Below are positions 38,014 through 48,845 of a stretch of DNA of 61,992 nt, one piece after another. This stretch comes from Bacillota bacterium (lineage in GTDB: Bacteria; Bacillota; JAAYKD01), in assembly GCA_963666425.2 (NCBI GenBank), contig CAXXTX010000016.1:1-61992 (forward strand), in the 5' to 3' direction. A program made the translations under genes and the position numbers. Numbering within the stretch: position 1 is the first letter of the stretch; each line of letters starts with the position of its first letter. The notes beneath the pieces were generated by a model. It had not been told where the DNA came from. It did no database searches and saw nothing but the letters and a program-made list of their open reading frames with translations.

Positions 38014-39196
38014 TTGAAATGATCTGCTTAATCTTATTGGCAACTTGATAAGATGCATCTCCTTTCTCATAAAGACCTACTTTTGATTCAAAATCATGTA
38101 TTTTTTTCAAATAGATTTCTTCATCGAATTGCTTAATTGCATCAAATAATTCCTCATTATTTAGAGATAGCGAAAAAGGCAATCTGTCTATTTCAAAATA
38201 GAAGTTACGTTCTGCCACATATTCTTCAATATCAGGTGCATACAAAAATACCGGTTTATATGTAAAAGAAAACTCGAACATTGTACTAGAGTAGTCTGTA
38301 ACTAATACATCACTCACTGCTAATAATTCATACATATCATCATAATGTGTTGCATTTATTATTCGAGAATTATATTCCAAAAACTTATCTTCATTTGATA
38401 TATTAGGATGTAATCTTACTAATACAATCCAATCCCCCCCCCATTTTGCTTTGACAACATCAATTAATTCATTAAAATTTACAGAATAAATATCTGAATT
38501 TGCGTCATTTCGAAAAGTTGGTGCGTACATAAGTATATGTGTTTCTCTATTTATTTTAAAGTAGTCTTTAATCTTTTCTAGGGAGTTTTCATTTCGATTA
38601 TACAAAATATCACATCTTGGCGATCCATATTTCAAAATCTCACCTTCATACCAAAATGCAGTTTTATACATATTCGTGCTGAATTCACTATTTGATATGA
38701 AATAGTCCGCCATCATTGAATCTCTAATTGCATCATTTCTATAATTAGTGCTCAGTTTTTCTTCAATATCCCTCTCAATTCGCTTCAATGCTATAGAACC
38801 ATGCCAAGTCTGTATGTAAACTTGATTTCCCCTTTTGGGGGGGCTATACATCTTTCTACAATTATCAATCCATATTTTACTTGTCGATAATTCGAAAAGG
38901 CTTTTGAGAGAACCATATTTTACAACTCTAACACCTTTCGGAAAGTTAACTTCATGCTGATTATGAGTTTTATATAACCAAACAATGTCACAATTTACTC
39001 CTCGGCTCAATAGGTTTTCTGTGATATATTTCCCATTATCTCCATATCCCTTACCGTAGAAATTACTCACTACTATTTTGTTGGATTTAACTGGAAATAG
39101 CAGAAGGAAATAATTATAATTCCCATATTTACATCCTCTAAGGAAAGTCATAATTTTCTGTAATAAGATGTTTTTTGAAAATGTCCTGATATTCAT
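38006..39196 (-). CDS. CDP-glycerol glycerophosphotransferase family (TagF/WchX-like)
   Basis: IQTWHG, GSPRCD, YAPTFR, RLHP, LVTDYSS. Confidence 0.92.
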   Translation of the reverse strand: MNIRTFSKNILLQKIMTFLRGCKYGNYNYFLLLFPVKSNKIVVSNFYGKGYGDNGKYITENLLSRGVNCDIVWLYKTHNQHEVNFPKGVRVVKYGSLKSLFELSTSKIWIDNCRKMYSPPKRGNQVYIQTWHGSIALKRIERDIEEKLSTNYRNDAIRDSMMADYFISNSEFSTNMYKTAFWYEGEILKYGSPRCDILYNRNENSLEKIKDYFKINRETHILMYAPTFRNDANSDIYSVNFNELIDVVKAKWGGDWIVLVRLHPNISNEDKFLEYNSRIINATHYDDMYELLAVSDVLVTDYSSTMFEFSFTYKPVFLYAPDIEEYVAERNFYFEIDRLPFSLSLNNEELFDAIKQFDEEIYLKKIHDFESKVGLYEKGDASYQVANKIKQIISNE

Positions 39197-39220
39197 TCCT
39201 TTACCCTCATTAATTGATTT

Positions 39221-40411
39221 TTATTTCTTACTAAGTTTAGATAACATGATTAACGTTAATGGGTACGATAACATATATATAAACGGTTCTTTATATTCGA
39301 TTATCAATAATAATATTAAAGTAAACACAAGATATCTTCTTTTAGAAATCTCAACTGTCTTAATTTGTTCGAATATATACTTTATAAAAGTAACATACGA
39401 TATGAAAGCAAACACTAAACCAATTGAAGCATATCGCTTTATATAACCACTATCGCTCCAAAAATATAGACCTGACGAACTAAAACCTCTGTTGATTCCT
39501 GTTCCGATAAGAGTTTGAAATGAAATACCAGGAATTAACTTAAAGTCATTGACTAAAGCCCTAATTGTACTATTATCACGAAGAATCTCAAATAGTCTAT
39601 TATATGTATATGTTAATAAATCCGAGTTGACTATTTCTAAGCTCTTGATATAGTTTGCGATCACTAGTATGAAAACAAATATTAGAGGAATCCTTAGAAA
39701 TCTACTTATTGATCGGGTTTCGAAATTGAACAATTTACTCAAAATCAAATATAATACTATTAAAATTGCAACATAAAATCCAGTCCGTCCAACTAGCGCT
39801 GTAGCAATAAGTATTAAAACAAGACTTATGAATCGCCTAATTCTAAATTGGTAAAATATCAGAAGGAAGGCAACGCAAATTACGCCAGAACAAAGATAGA
39901 CACTGCCTCCCGCACCAGCAACACCAAGTCCAATAATCCTAAAATCATAACGGCTCATATCAAATGTTTGTATTGCCTCAAGCCAATTCCTTACACTTGG
40001 AAAAAGGAAAGACAATAACACAATAATTGATTGTATATCAACTGCAACTTCAATGCAGGTACAAAACTCTTCTGCATTATCGAAAAAACTTACAAAAATA
40101 AAAGGCAAAATAGCACAGCTAATAAGAAAATTAAACGTTGGATTCAAATCCGTAGTTGAACCTAAAGGTACGGAAAAGAGTATTACGAGCAATCCGGTAT
40201 ATATTAGCTGAAATAGATTGAACCCTATCCAATTTACATCACTTTTCAAAATGCTAAAAGGCTTTGTTAAATGTTTCACTATGAATGACAAAACTATCAA
40301 TATTAAACAGATAATTCTTGGTGTAAGATAACTTGGCAAAGTAACAATATGAATACTAAAAAAAATGAAATATACTAATGAAATTTTTATTGCATACTTA
40401 AATCTATTCAT
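39221..40411 (-). CDS. wzy: Probable polysaccharide polymerase Wzy
   Basis: About 10-11 TM segments, 'GRTG', 'SDSGY', 'EYKE'; very AT-rich and located in a wzx locus. Confidence 0.65.
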   Translation of the reverse strand: MNRFKYAIKISLVYFIFFSIHIVTLPSYLTPRIICLILIVLSFIVKHLTKPFSILKSDVNWIGFNLFQLIYTGLLVILFSVPLGSTTDLNPTFNFLISCAILPFIFVSFFDNAEEFCTCIEVAVDIQSIIVLLSFLFPSVRNWLEAIQTFDMSRYDFRIIGLGVAGAGGSVYLCSGVICVAFLLIFYQFRIRRFISLVLILIATALVGRTGFYVAILIVLYLILSKLFNFETRSISRFLRIPLIFVFILVIANYIKSLEIVNSDLLTYTYNRLFEILRDNSTIRALVNDFKLIPGISFQTLIGTGINRGFSSSGLYFWSDSGYIKRYASIGLVFAFISYVTFIKYIFEQIKTVEISKRRYLVFTLILLLIIEYKEPFIYMLSYPLTLIMLSKLSKK

Positions 40412-40429
40412 TTCAACCTCTTTGTTTTG

Positions 40430-41337
40430 TTAGAATATTTTCTTTAAGCCAAATTTCCTACCAATTTCAAGAATTGTTGAATGTTTTATTTTCTTATGAT
40501 AGCCATATATTTGAATTTTATACAGTTTAAAACTAGCATATAACATGTTAAAATCATACTTGGAAGTTTTAAAACACCTAGTTATGAAAGCTAGAAATAG
40601 CATTGGCTTATAAATGGTTGGGTACAACGCACATTTTATAGTTAACATGCTAGCATTAGCTTTAATATATATATCATAGAGACTTTGTGAACCAGGCATC
40701 CATTTATTGATTAATGGCTTATGAACTATGTAGACACTATCATTCAATGCATTTATATAACCTTTGTTTAAAGCTATGATACTCAGATATAGATCCTCAT
40801 AAGCATATCTTATTGTTGGTAAATAGAACAAATCACCTATACTATTACGAATGAAATATGAATTTCCATGGAAAGCATGAACTTCTGGGTTATTTATCGA
40901 ATAATATCTACTTTTATGTGATTCTCTCCAGAAATTTAATGTTTCATCAAAGACACGAGTAGTAAGTGTTGCAACTTTATTATTTTCATCCATGAACCTA
41001 ATTGAACTACTGAAGAAGTTATTTTTGCTTTCTTCCGAAATGATCGCATCATCATCCATATAAAACGAATATTCTCCTAATGAGTTCCTCTTACCAATAT
41101 TACGCCCTTCGGAAATGCCAACATTCTCAGTATTTTTAATGTATTTAATTATATTGATTGATTTTCTTGCCAGATTCGATATCATCAAGCCTGTATTATC
41201 AATAGAAACCGTTATCAACAATAATAAACTCTGTATCTTCCGGCAAATCACTATTAATACAACTCTCAATAGCATTTTCTAATTGACTCGCTCTATTCAT
41301 AGTAACAAAAACGATAGAAAGGTTTAATTTTCCCCAT
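40430..41337 (-). CDS. Glycosyltransferase family 2; two +1 frameshifts near the 5' end (~41321, ~41207)
   Basis: ATG at 41337 follows TAAGGAG. The corrected frame gives MGKIKLSIVFVTMNR...FIIVDNGSIDNT...ENVGISEGRN...YMDDD. Confidence 0.85.
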
Positions 41338-41602
41338 TATTATCTCCTTAATAGTAATATATCTACATTAATTTGCATATGAAAAAATATTGAAATCTTC
41401 ATGTGAATTGGAATTTAGCATAAGTATTATCAATAAATCTCATTGCGAAGTAAATTTGATTTCGTTCAAAAAAAGAATGAGACCTGCATGTTACTTTAGA
41501 GTAAATAGACCCTAAGTTTTAGCCTTCAACAAGTCCAACCCGATCTCCTGTTTCTAAATATTATACCATATCTCGAAATATGGATTCTCTATTTATTTTC
41601 TA

Positions 41603-42148
41603 TTATTTTTCCAACATTTCTAAATGTTTCATTAAATTTTTTTCATCAAAACGCATTCTAAGAATTTCTGCAGGTACTCCTCCAACAATACTAAAAGGTA
41701 ACACATTATGAGTGACAACTGCTCCAGCTGCTACAACCGCCCCTCGTCCAATAGTCACACCTTTCAATATAATCGCATTTGCACCAATCCAATTATCACC
41801 TTCAAGAATAATATCTCTATCATTTTCGATTAATTTTTCCTTGTTTGTGACACTATCCATATACCTGCCAACAATATCAATTCTATGACCACCAGTGATC
41901 ATTGTCACATTTGGGCCCGTCATAACATGATCCCTGATATAAATCTTTGCTCTCGTACACATTAATGTATTATCAGGTCCAAGACTAATATTGCTTCCCA
42001 TTATTACATTTGCATAACCATACACGCGCAATCTTCTACCGAAATATACATCTTTACCGCACACACCCATACTGATCTTTTTAAAATAGGATACGAATAA
42101 CCTATTCCATACTCTTGGTACTATTTCGAAAAAGTCATAGATTCTCAT
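41603..42148 (-). CDS. Hexapeptide (LbH) O-acetyltransferase
   Basis: 'WIGANAIILKGVTIGRGAVVAAGAVVT...VGGVPA'. Confidence 0.9.
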   Translation of the reverse strand: MRIYDFFEIVPRVWNRLFVSYFKKISMGVCGKDVYFGRRLRVYGYANVIMGSNISLGPDNTLMCTRAKIYIRDHVMTGPNVTMITGGHRIDIVGRYMDSVTNKEKLIENDRDIILEGDNWIGANAIILKGVTIGRGAVVAAGAVVTHNVLPFSIVGGVPAEILRMRFDEKNLMKHLEMLEK

Positions 42149-42859
42149 AACTCTTCCTCCTCATCGTGAGTATAAAGGCCGAAACAATCCATTAGGATAC
42201 AAACATTTTCTAAAGCATAAGCTACCAAACCAAAACTTTACCGTTACTCCAAAGAATTCATTCCGTTGAGTATAAGTTACACTCCTCTTCGCTATACAAT
42301 TTAAAATAGACATCAGATTCGCTCATAATATTACTCAACTGTTGTGTTTTACCAAGAATTACAATAAATAACAATCTTAAGTTGCACTAAGAATTTTTCA
42401 CAAGCAAAGACAGCCAATGAGAAATTATTCTTTGACATGAAGTATTTGAACTGCTAACTTAATGTGATCCGCTAAAACAAACGTTCAGTAATAATCCCCG
42501 CTATCTGTATAAACTATAGAATTCTCTCACATAGAGTTGAGGAAATTTTTATATTCTTTATAACCCCTGAGTTATCAATATCCGCTGAATATCCTTTCTC
42601 ACATGTCATGGCTTTGTACTGCAATCATACTTCTAGATATATATATTTTAGTGTCCATATATATACGAGTGGATATTTTCTGTATCTGTAAATTATGCCT
42701 TAAGAACTCCACGTGCACGGTCAAATAGCTCCACCATCATGGGACTGAGCTCCATTTAATTTAAGTATCCTTTCTATTGATCTTATTATTAACAGGATAA
42801 AATCTATGCATGAACGAATGGTTTATAGAGTTTCGACGATATTGATTCGTAAAAGTTGA

Positions 42860-43050
42860 CTACCGGGGGTGTTGCCCCCGAACCCCTAAGGTTTAACGCT
42901 TAGGTTTTACCAGGAGAGTGATACAGTGATTCTGATGTTTTCTCGTTTAAACGCAAAAAAAGAGTGACACCGTCATGGCATCACTCTCCCGCAAAACCTC
43001 ATATACCACTCAGGTCGCACCTCAGCGGTGCCCTATCCTGTATATGAGTT
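42860..43050 (+). other. Orphan structured non-coding segment, possibly an IS-end remnant
   Basis: Hairpin GGGGG-TGTTG-CCCCC, nested GGTTTT..GGAGAGTGAT/ATCACTCTCC..AAAACC, and GCACC/GGTGC inside CAGG/CCTG. GC-rich within an AT-rich gap that has no credible ORF. Confidence 0.4.
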
Positions 43051-43480
43051 AACGCATTATTATGATGCCACTCGATTTTATTTTTTATAAAGTATCTAGA
43101 ATGGAGTTCTCTTCCGTTAGGCTGGTATTACTTCACTGAAAGCCTGGTATTAATATGCCGTTTCACTGGAGTTTTTAGTCCGTGCGCGTGGTGTTTAGGG
43201 TTCGTAATTTACAGTATCCTTGTCTTGATTCAAGGTTTTATTCCCACTTCCAGTTGGAACCAATTATAGCACTAGATAATTTGAGTCATAAGACTAATCG
43301 TTTTTTCCTCTATTCAGAAATATCAGTAACCAAGAGCAATTTGTGGATATTCCGGTGTTGCGAATCCCAAAACTGCACGGTTTCAACTGACGTAACCTGT
43401 ACTGTAAATTTTAACCAAACAAAAGGGAATGAGAAAACACTATTTTCCACAATAGATCCATAAGAAACCCATTATGAATT

Positions 43481-44557
43481 TCATATCTTCTTCCCTAATA
43501 GTTCATCATAGATCTTGATTATTTTTTCCATTACAGAGTTTATATTATAAAAGCTCTTAACTTTACTAGTATTCCAAGCGGACATTCTTTCTCTTAATTC
43601 TTCGGATTTCAAAAGTGTAATTGCGGTTACAATATCATGAATATTTGCTACTTGCACAAGAACACCACCTGATTTTTCAATCATGTCCTCGTTAGCACCA
43701 ACAGGTGTAGTGATTATTGGTAACCCTGCTGCCATTGCTTCAAGCAAAGCATTTGAAAAGCCTTCTGTATATGTAGGAAATAAAAAAATATCTGCACTTC
43801 TCAAATGATTTATCACTTCATCATTTCCAACTGGCCCCATAAAAATTACATTCTCAGACTGTTGTGAAGGTTCTATTTCTAGTAATACCTTCCCGATTAA
43901 AGTGAATTTGATTTCCGGGAAATATTTCGCTACTTCGAGAATCTCTTTCACACCTTTTTCTTTATCTACATTTCCAATAAAAACAATATTCTGCACATTT
44001 GCATTGATTATTTTTGGTTCATTAATAATATCTGCGGCTTCTATAAAGTTCGGTAAAATAATACTTCTTTTCCATGAAATACTATCTAAATATTTGCTAG
44101 AAGATTTATTTAAGACTAAGTTGACATCTGCCAATTCTGATAATTTTACTAAAACCAATTTTTGCAGAATTCTCGCTCCGATTTGATCCCTGATGTTGCA
44201 TCGATAATGAACAACTAACTGCAAACCATTCAATTTAACAATAATTCCGCACAAATAATCTCTTATTATGCCATATTTACCGCAAGATGTATTCAAATGA
44301 ACTATATTAGGTTTAAAAAAACGTATTCTTGTCCTTAAATTATTAAGGATTCTGATGGTTCTAAAAATTTCATCAAATATATCTCTTTTTTCATTATTTC
44401 CACCAATGCGCCTACCACTTAATGCTATATTTACAACTTCTACACACAGTTCACGAGTTTTAGCCCATTTTAGATAACGGATCGTCCATGAAGCAATACC
44501 ACCTGTTGGTGGTGGTATTGGTGATATAAGCAAAATTCTTTTGTGTTTATAATTCAT
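43481..44557 (-). CDS. Glycosyltransferase family 4
   Basis: GGIASW, KGVKE, 'EGFSNALLEAMAAGLP'. Confidence 0.92.
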   Translation of the reverse strand: MNYKHKRILLISPIPPPTGGIASWTIRYLKWAKTRELCVEVVNIALSGRRIGGNNEKRDIFDEIFRTIRILNNLRTRIRFFKPNIVHLNTSCGKYGIIRDYLCGIIVKLNGLQLVVHYRCNIRDQIGARILQKLVLVKLSELADVNLVLNKSSSKYLDSISWKRSIILPNFIEAADIINEPKIINANVQNIVFIGNVDKEKGVKEILEVAKYFPEIKFTLIGKVLLEIEPSQQSENVIFMGPVGNDEVINHLRSADIFLFPTYTEGFSNALLEAMAAGLPIITTPVGANEDMIEKSGGVLVQVANIHDIVTAITLLKSEELRERMSAWNTSKVKSFYNINSVMEKIIKIYDELLGKKI

Positions 44558-44674
44558 ATATTATCCCCTATATATTCATCAAAAACTTGTACTCCACAAG
44601 ATTATTGATTTTTATTATTTTCTATATTACCACCAATAGCTTGCAATCAAAATAGTGTTTCATATTATCACTGA

Positions 44675-45784
44675 TTATTTCGCTGTAATAAAATACCCTG
44701 CTCGATCCGCACTTTTCAGAACTGGCTTGTTAGGCACTTCCATTATGCCACTGTATCTGTAAAGAATTTCTGGTTCATCTCTCTTAATTCGCTCAAATTC
44801 GATCAAATCAGTTTCATCTAATATATATCGTATTTCAGCTTTTTTCGGTTTACTGGTTTGGGTAAAATCTGGTGCTTGTCCACATCCAATTGAGATAACC
44901 ATTCCCATATAATCATAACCTGTTGAAATAGGTACAAGATCAGATCCTATACAGTCACCACCCATACGTGTAGCAATTTCCATAAATCGTATTTCTCCGT
45001 TTTTAGTTATTCTAAATTCCGGATGTATAGCACCATATTTTATACCCAGTGCATCAAAAGCACGAAACAAGGTTATTCGAATTTTGCCAAGCATTTCTTC
45101 GCTTAGAGTTGCAGGTTGAAGATGACCGCGTTCAACAAAATGTGGCGCTCCAGTCGTTTGTTTTTTTGTTACAACTAACAAATGATGTTCACCATTATAA
45201 GTAATACTCTCTCCACTGTATTCATCGCCATCAATAAATTCTTCTATAATAACTCTTTTTTCATCAGACCAACTACGCGCATATTGTATAGCGTGAACCA
45301 TTTCATTGGATGACTCAATTTTCATAACGCCTCTGCTAGAGCTGAGATCAATAGGTTTTACAATTAGTGGGAGGGTAAAATCCTTAATCATTTCAGTGCA
45401 AAAATCATCATCTACTAATATAAATCTTGGTCCACTAATACCCGCATCTCGCATTGCACATCTCATTAAGTACTTATTAGTAGATAGGATTTCAGTATTC
45501 AAGCTATTAACAGGGATATTTAATCTCCTTAAAATATAATTCATAGAATGCATTGCCAATTCAGAAGCAATTGTTGTAGCTCCACAAATGCGAACTTCTT
45601 GGCATTTCTTCCAGAGTCGTTCATAATCCATTATGTCTATATCATGATAAAAATCAGCAGTTGTTTCACCAATCGCTCCAGTCTTCCATCCAAAGACATG
45701 AGTCTCATATCCGAGCTCTTTTGCACGAATTATCAATGGGTTTTGGTATTCATTTGTTCCAAGAATGGCTATGGGTTTTTTCAT
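44675..45784 (-). CDS. ATP-grasp domain protein
   Basis: NKYLMR, PLIVKP..SSSRGV, IIEEFIDG.EYS, MEIATRMGG. Confidence 0.88.
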   Translation of the reverse strand: MKKPIAILGTNEYQNPLIIRAKELGYETHVFGWKTGAIGETTADFYHDIDIMDYERLWKKCQEVRICGATTIASELAMHSMNYILRRLNIPVNSLNTEILSTNKYLMRCAMRDAGISGPRFILVDDDFCTEMIKDFTLPLIVKPIDLSSSRGVMKIESSNEMVHAIQYARSWSDEKRVIIEEFIDGDEYSGESITYNGEHHLLVVTKKQTTGAPHFVERGHLQPATLSEEMLGKIRITLFRAFDALGIKYGAIHPEFRITKNGEIRFMEIATRMGGDCIGSDLVPISTGYDYMGMVISIGCGQAPDFTQTSKPKKAEIRYILDETDLIEFERIKRDEPEILYRYSGIMEVPNKPVLKSADRAGYFITAK

Positions 45785-46893
45785 TCAATATTACTCTCCC
45801 TTAGGTTATCTTTTTCATATGAGATAATCACACTGCTAATTCTATGCATGTCATCTTCATCATATCTTTGATCACAAGGAAAGCATAGAATTTCGTCATA
45901 TATTTGTGTTGCAATATGGTCTATTTTATCTCTAATTCCTTCTGGGCAAGCCCAAATCACAGTAGCATAAATATCACGTTCTGCCAAATATTTCTGGAAT
46001 TTACTTCTCTGTGCTTTCACATATACAGGAAATTGAAAAGGTACAACATTAATTGGTAAAGAGGTGAAAACCCGTTCTATGCTCCAGCAAATTGCTGTTT
46101 CTCGTACTAAAACCTCAAAATTACGTTTTCTCTTCATTTCTATTTCTTCAATATTAGTTGATGCATATATACCTCTCGATTCTTCTGACATTACATAAGG
46201 GATTTTCCGGGAATCAAGTATTTGCTCCGCGAATGCAAATCTTTTCCGAAAATTCTCTTTATTACCTTCATTATGGTAAATATAGTCTGATTTCAACAAC
46301 ATTGCATTGATTTTCTCATTTATTAATTCGGTATCTACTTGAAGAGGATCGCAAATAACTTGCTGTAGAGTATCAAGAATCATTGCACCATCTGGAATGG
46401 GAAGCCATTTTCTAATACTGGCAATTATATACCGGCACTTAGTAATTGGAAACTCTGAAAATAGATTTTGTGTAACATCTTCAATTACGGAAATACCTTC
46501 AGATTGCCATTGGTTAATGCACTTATGTATATCTGCAAGAGTATTGAATCCAAAATAACTATGCAGCATGATAATATTTGGTTTTACTTCTTCAACTAAT
46601 TGCTCCATTTGGGTTTGATTTACTGTTAAGTTCCGAGTAACAGGATAAGGAAACACTGTATAACCCGCTTCTGTAAACGGCTCGATAATTACATGGCAAG
46701 TAAAAGCGGGTACTAGAACACGTTTATTCGTATTACAATCTATTTTACCTAGAATTATACGAAGCGCACTCCGGCCGGTAGAAAGATATCTATAGTCATA
46801 GTATCTGAATCTTCTATGTATTTCTGGATAGGTTTTTGATTTTATAATCTCATCTTTTGAAATCCAATAGTCGCTTCCGATCTCTTTTTGCAT
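45781..46893 (-). CDS. DegT/DnrJ-like PLP-dependent protein (divergent)
   Basis: GRSAL, VPAFTC, HSYFG, IEDVTQ, SIRKW, PCDQRY. Confidence 0.8.
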   Translation of the reverse strand: MQKEIGSDYWISKDEIIKSKTYPEIHRRFRYYDYRYLSTGRSALRIILGKIDCNTNKRVLVPAFTCHVIIEPFTEAGYTVFPYPVTRNLTVNQTQMEQLVEEVKPNIIMLHSYFGFNTLADIHKCINQWQSEGISVIEDVTQNLFSEFPITKCRYIIASIRKWLPIPDGAMILDTLQQVICDPLQVDTELINEKINAMLLKSDYIYHNEGNKENFRKRFAFAEQILDSRKIPYVMSEESRGIYASTNIEEIEMKRKRNFEVLVRETAICWSIERVFTSLPINVVPFQFPVYVKAQRSKFQKYLAERDIYATVIWACPEGIRDKIDHIATQIYDEILCFPCDQRYDEDDMHRISSVIISYEKDNLRESNIE

Positions 46894-46894
46894 A

Positions 46895-47602
46895 TTATTC
46901 TCCTATTTCTGGTTTCTCCATTTTTTCCGGCCTTTGAACACTACGTACAATGTTCAATAATTCCTCATCATTAACGCTTGGTATGCCAACATCTTCTTTT
47001 TTTAGAACTTTATAAACGGTTTTAATTAGAATTGCCATATCGTTCATAAATGTTATGTTCTGTACATACTTTATGTCCAATGCAAAACGCTCATTCCAGT
47101 TTAATAAGGCTCTTCCATTAATCTGAGAAAGTCCAGTAATGCCACCTCTGACTGAATGACGAAAACTCTCTTCCACTGTATAGTATGGTAAATAATAAGG
47201 ATAAAGTGGTCTAGGCCCAATCAAACTCATTTCACCTTTTAATACATTGAATAATTCTGGTAGTTCATCCAAACTTGAATTTCTAAGTAAATCTCCAAAC
47301 TTTGTAAAGCGCTCCGTATCCGGAAGGAGCTCCCCATTTTTATCTCTTTGATCTGTCATAGTACGAAATTTGATAATATCAAATGATTTTTCATTCATTC
47401 CTGTGCGCCTTTGCTTATAAAGAATTGGTTTACCCAATTTGATTCTTATCAAAATGCATATGATAAGAAGTACAGGTGATAAAATTATCAGAGCAATACA
47501 GGAGATTACTATATCCAATATCCTTTTTGCATATTTAGCATATACTCTACGATTTATGTCCAATTGTTTATTTTCAGCATTATATATCATGTATTCGCCC
47601 AC
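46895..47602 (-). CDS. Initiating phosphoglycosyl transferase (PglC/Bac_transf family)
   Basis: KRILD, KFRTM, SLDELPEL.NVLKGEMSLIGPRP, GITGLSQ. Confidence 0.93.
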   Translation of the reverse strand: MGEYMIYNAENKQLDINRRVYAKYAKRILDIVISCIALIILSPVLLIICILIRIKLGKPILYKQRRTGMNEKSFDIIKFRTMTDQRDKNGELLPDTERFTKFGDLLRNSSLDELPELFNVLKGEMSLIGPRPLYPYYLPYYTVEESFRHSVRGGITGLSQINGRALLNWNERFALDIKYVQNITFMNDMAILIKTVYKVLKKEDVGIPSVNDEELLNIVRSVQRPEKMEKPEIGE

Positions 47603-47645
47603 CTCTTTCTAGTAATAGTAATCGAGTTAATAATTAAAAGTATCA

Positions 47646-48845
47646 TTATAGAAAATGCTTCATTATAATTTGGTAACAGTTTTTGGATGTATAATGTAAA
47701 CATAAAAACTGGTATGCTCTTTCTCCCATTTTCGGGAGTTTTACCTTTTCTTCCACTATTCTATCGAATAAGTTTTTTGCTTCATTTGCATCATTACTTT
47801 CACAACTGTAGCCAAGTCCTTCATTTTCAATGATTTTCCCAACATCAGTATTTCTATCAGTGCATGCAACTATCGGTAATGAATATTCCATATATGATAA
47901 TATGCGTGAAGGAAAATTTGGAATAGTAAATCTATAATCTAAAAATACTAAACCTACATCACACGCTTGTATTAATTGATCATAATCTTTTTTCTCTAGA
48001 CCGCGAATTAATCGAATATTTGTTGGTTCATTAATTTTAATATAGTTCTCAAGTTTATAATATTCTGTGCCTTTACCGCATATAACAATGTATCTGTCCC
48101 CTAGGTTTTGGTTTTTCTTGAGAACCTCTATTATAAACTCTACACCCTGAGGTTTACCCAAATTACCACCGTAGATAAAAATCAATTTATCTAATGGCAG
48201 ATTATACTCCTTTTTCAATTGAGGTTTACTTATTGATTCACGACTAATAATTGAGATACTATTAGGGCATACTTCAATGGTTTTTCCTCTTAATTCTGGA
48301 TTATGTTTTCTGATATATTCAATATTTGCTTCTGACATACAACCAATATAATCTGATACCTTATATAATGTTCTCTCTATATACCGAAAATAATAATATA
48401 TTGGATTTTTTTTAGTCAACAAATTCAAATCAAGCGCGTTTTGTGGGAAAATATCTTTAAGAAGTAAATATGTAATAGCATTATCACGCTTTTTTATAAA
48501 TTCAACTACTTTTACAAAAGTAATAGGTGGTGTTGAATACATAACCAGGTCAAATTTAACATCTGATAAGTACTTATTTAATGCTCGCAATATAACGTTT
48601 TGCACAGTAATCGTTGTGATGCCTTTTTGAACTAAGTTCACATTGAAAATATTCCCGATTCTCACTCTTAATAATTTGCTATTCCCTTCATCTATCAAAG
48701 CTGTTTTCAGGTTGTTTTTCTTTTCACTTGTAGAGATAAGATAAACATTGTGTTTTTGTGCTTTGAATTCTCTTAATAAATCTGTATAAATGTTACTCTC
48801 ATTAATAGATTTATAATCACTCAAGCTTAAAAATAATATATTCAT
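47646..48845 (-). CDS. GT4 glycosyltransferase, WbuB/Cap5L-like (probable L-FucNAc transferase)
   Basis: YSTPPIT, KDIFPQNA, YGGNLGKPQG, PNFPSR. fnlABC are in the same locus. Confidence 0.8.
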   Translation of the reverse strand: MNILFLSLSDYKSINESNIYTDLLREFKAQKHNVYLISTSEKKNNLKTALIDEGNSKLLRVRIGNIFNVNLVQKGITTITVQNVILRALNKYLSDVKFDLVMYSTPPITFVKVVEFIKKRDNAITYLLLKDIFPQNALDLNLLTKKNPIYYYFRYIERTLYKVSDYIGCMSEANIEYIRKHNPELRGKTIEVCPNSISIISRESISKPQLKKEYNLPLDKLIFIYGGNLGKPQGVEFIIEVLKKNQNLGDRYIVICGKGTEYYKLENYIKINEPTNIRLIRGLEKKDYDQLIQACDVGLVFLDYRFTIPNFPSRILSYMEYSLPIVACTDRNTDVGKIIENEGLGYSCESNDANEAKNLFDRIVEEKVKLPKMGERAYQFLCLHYTSKNCYQIIMKHFL

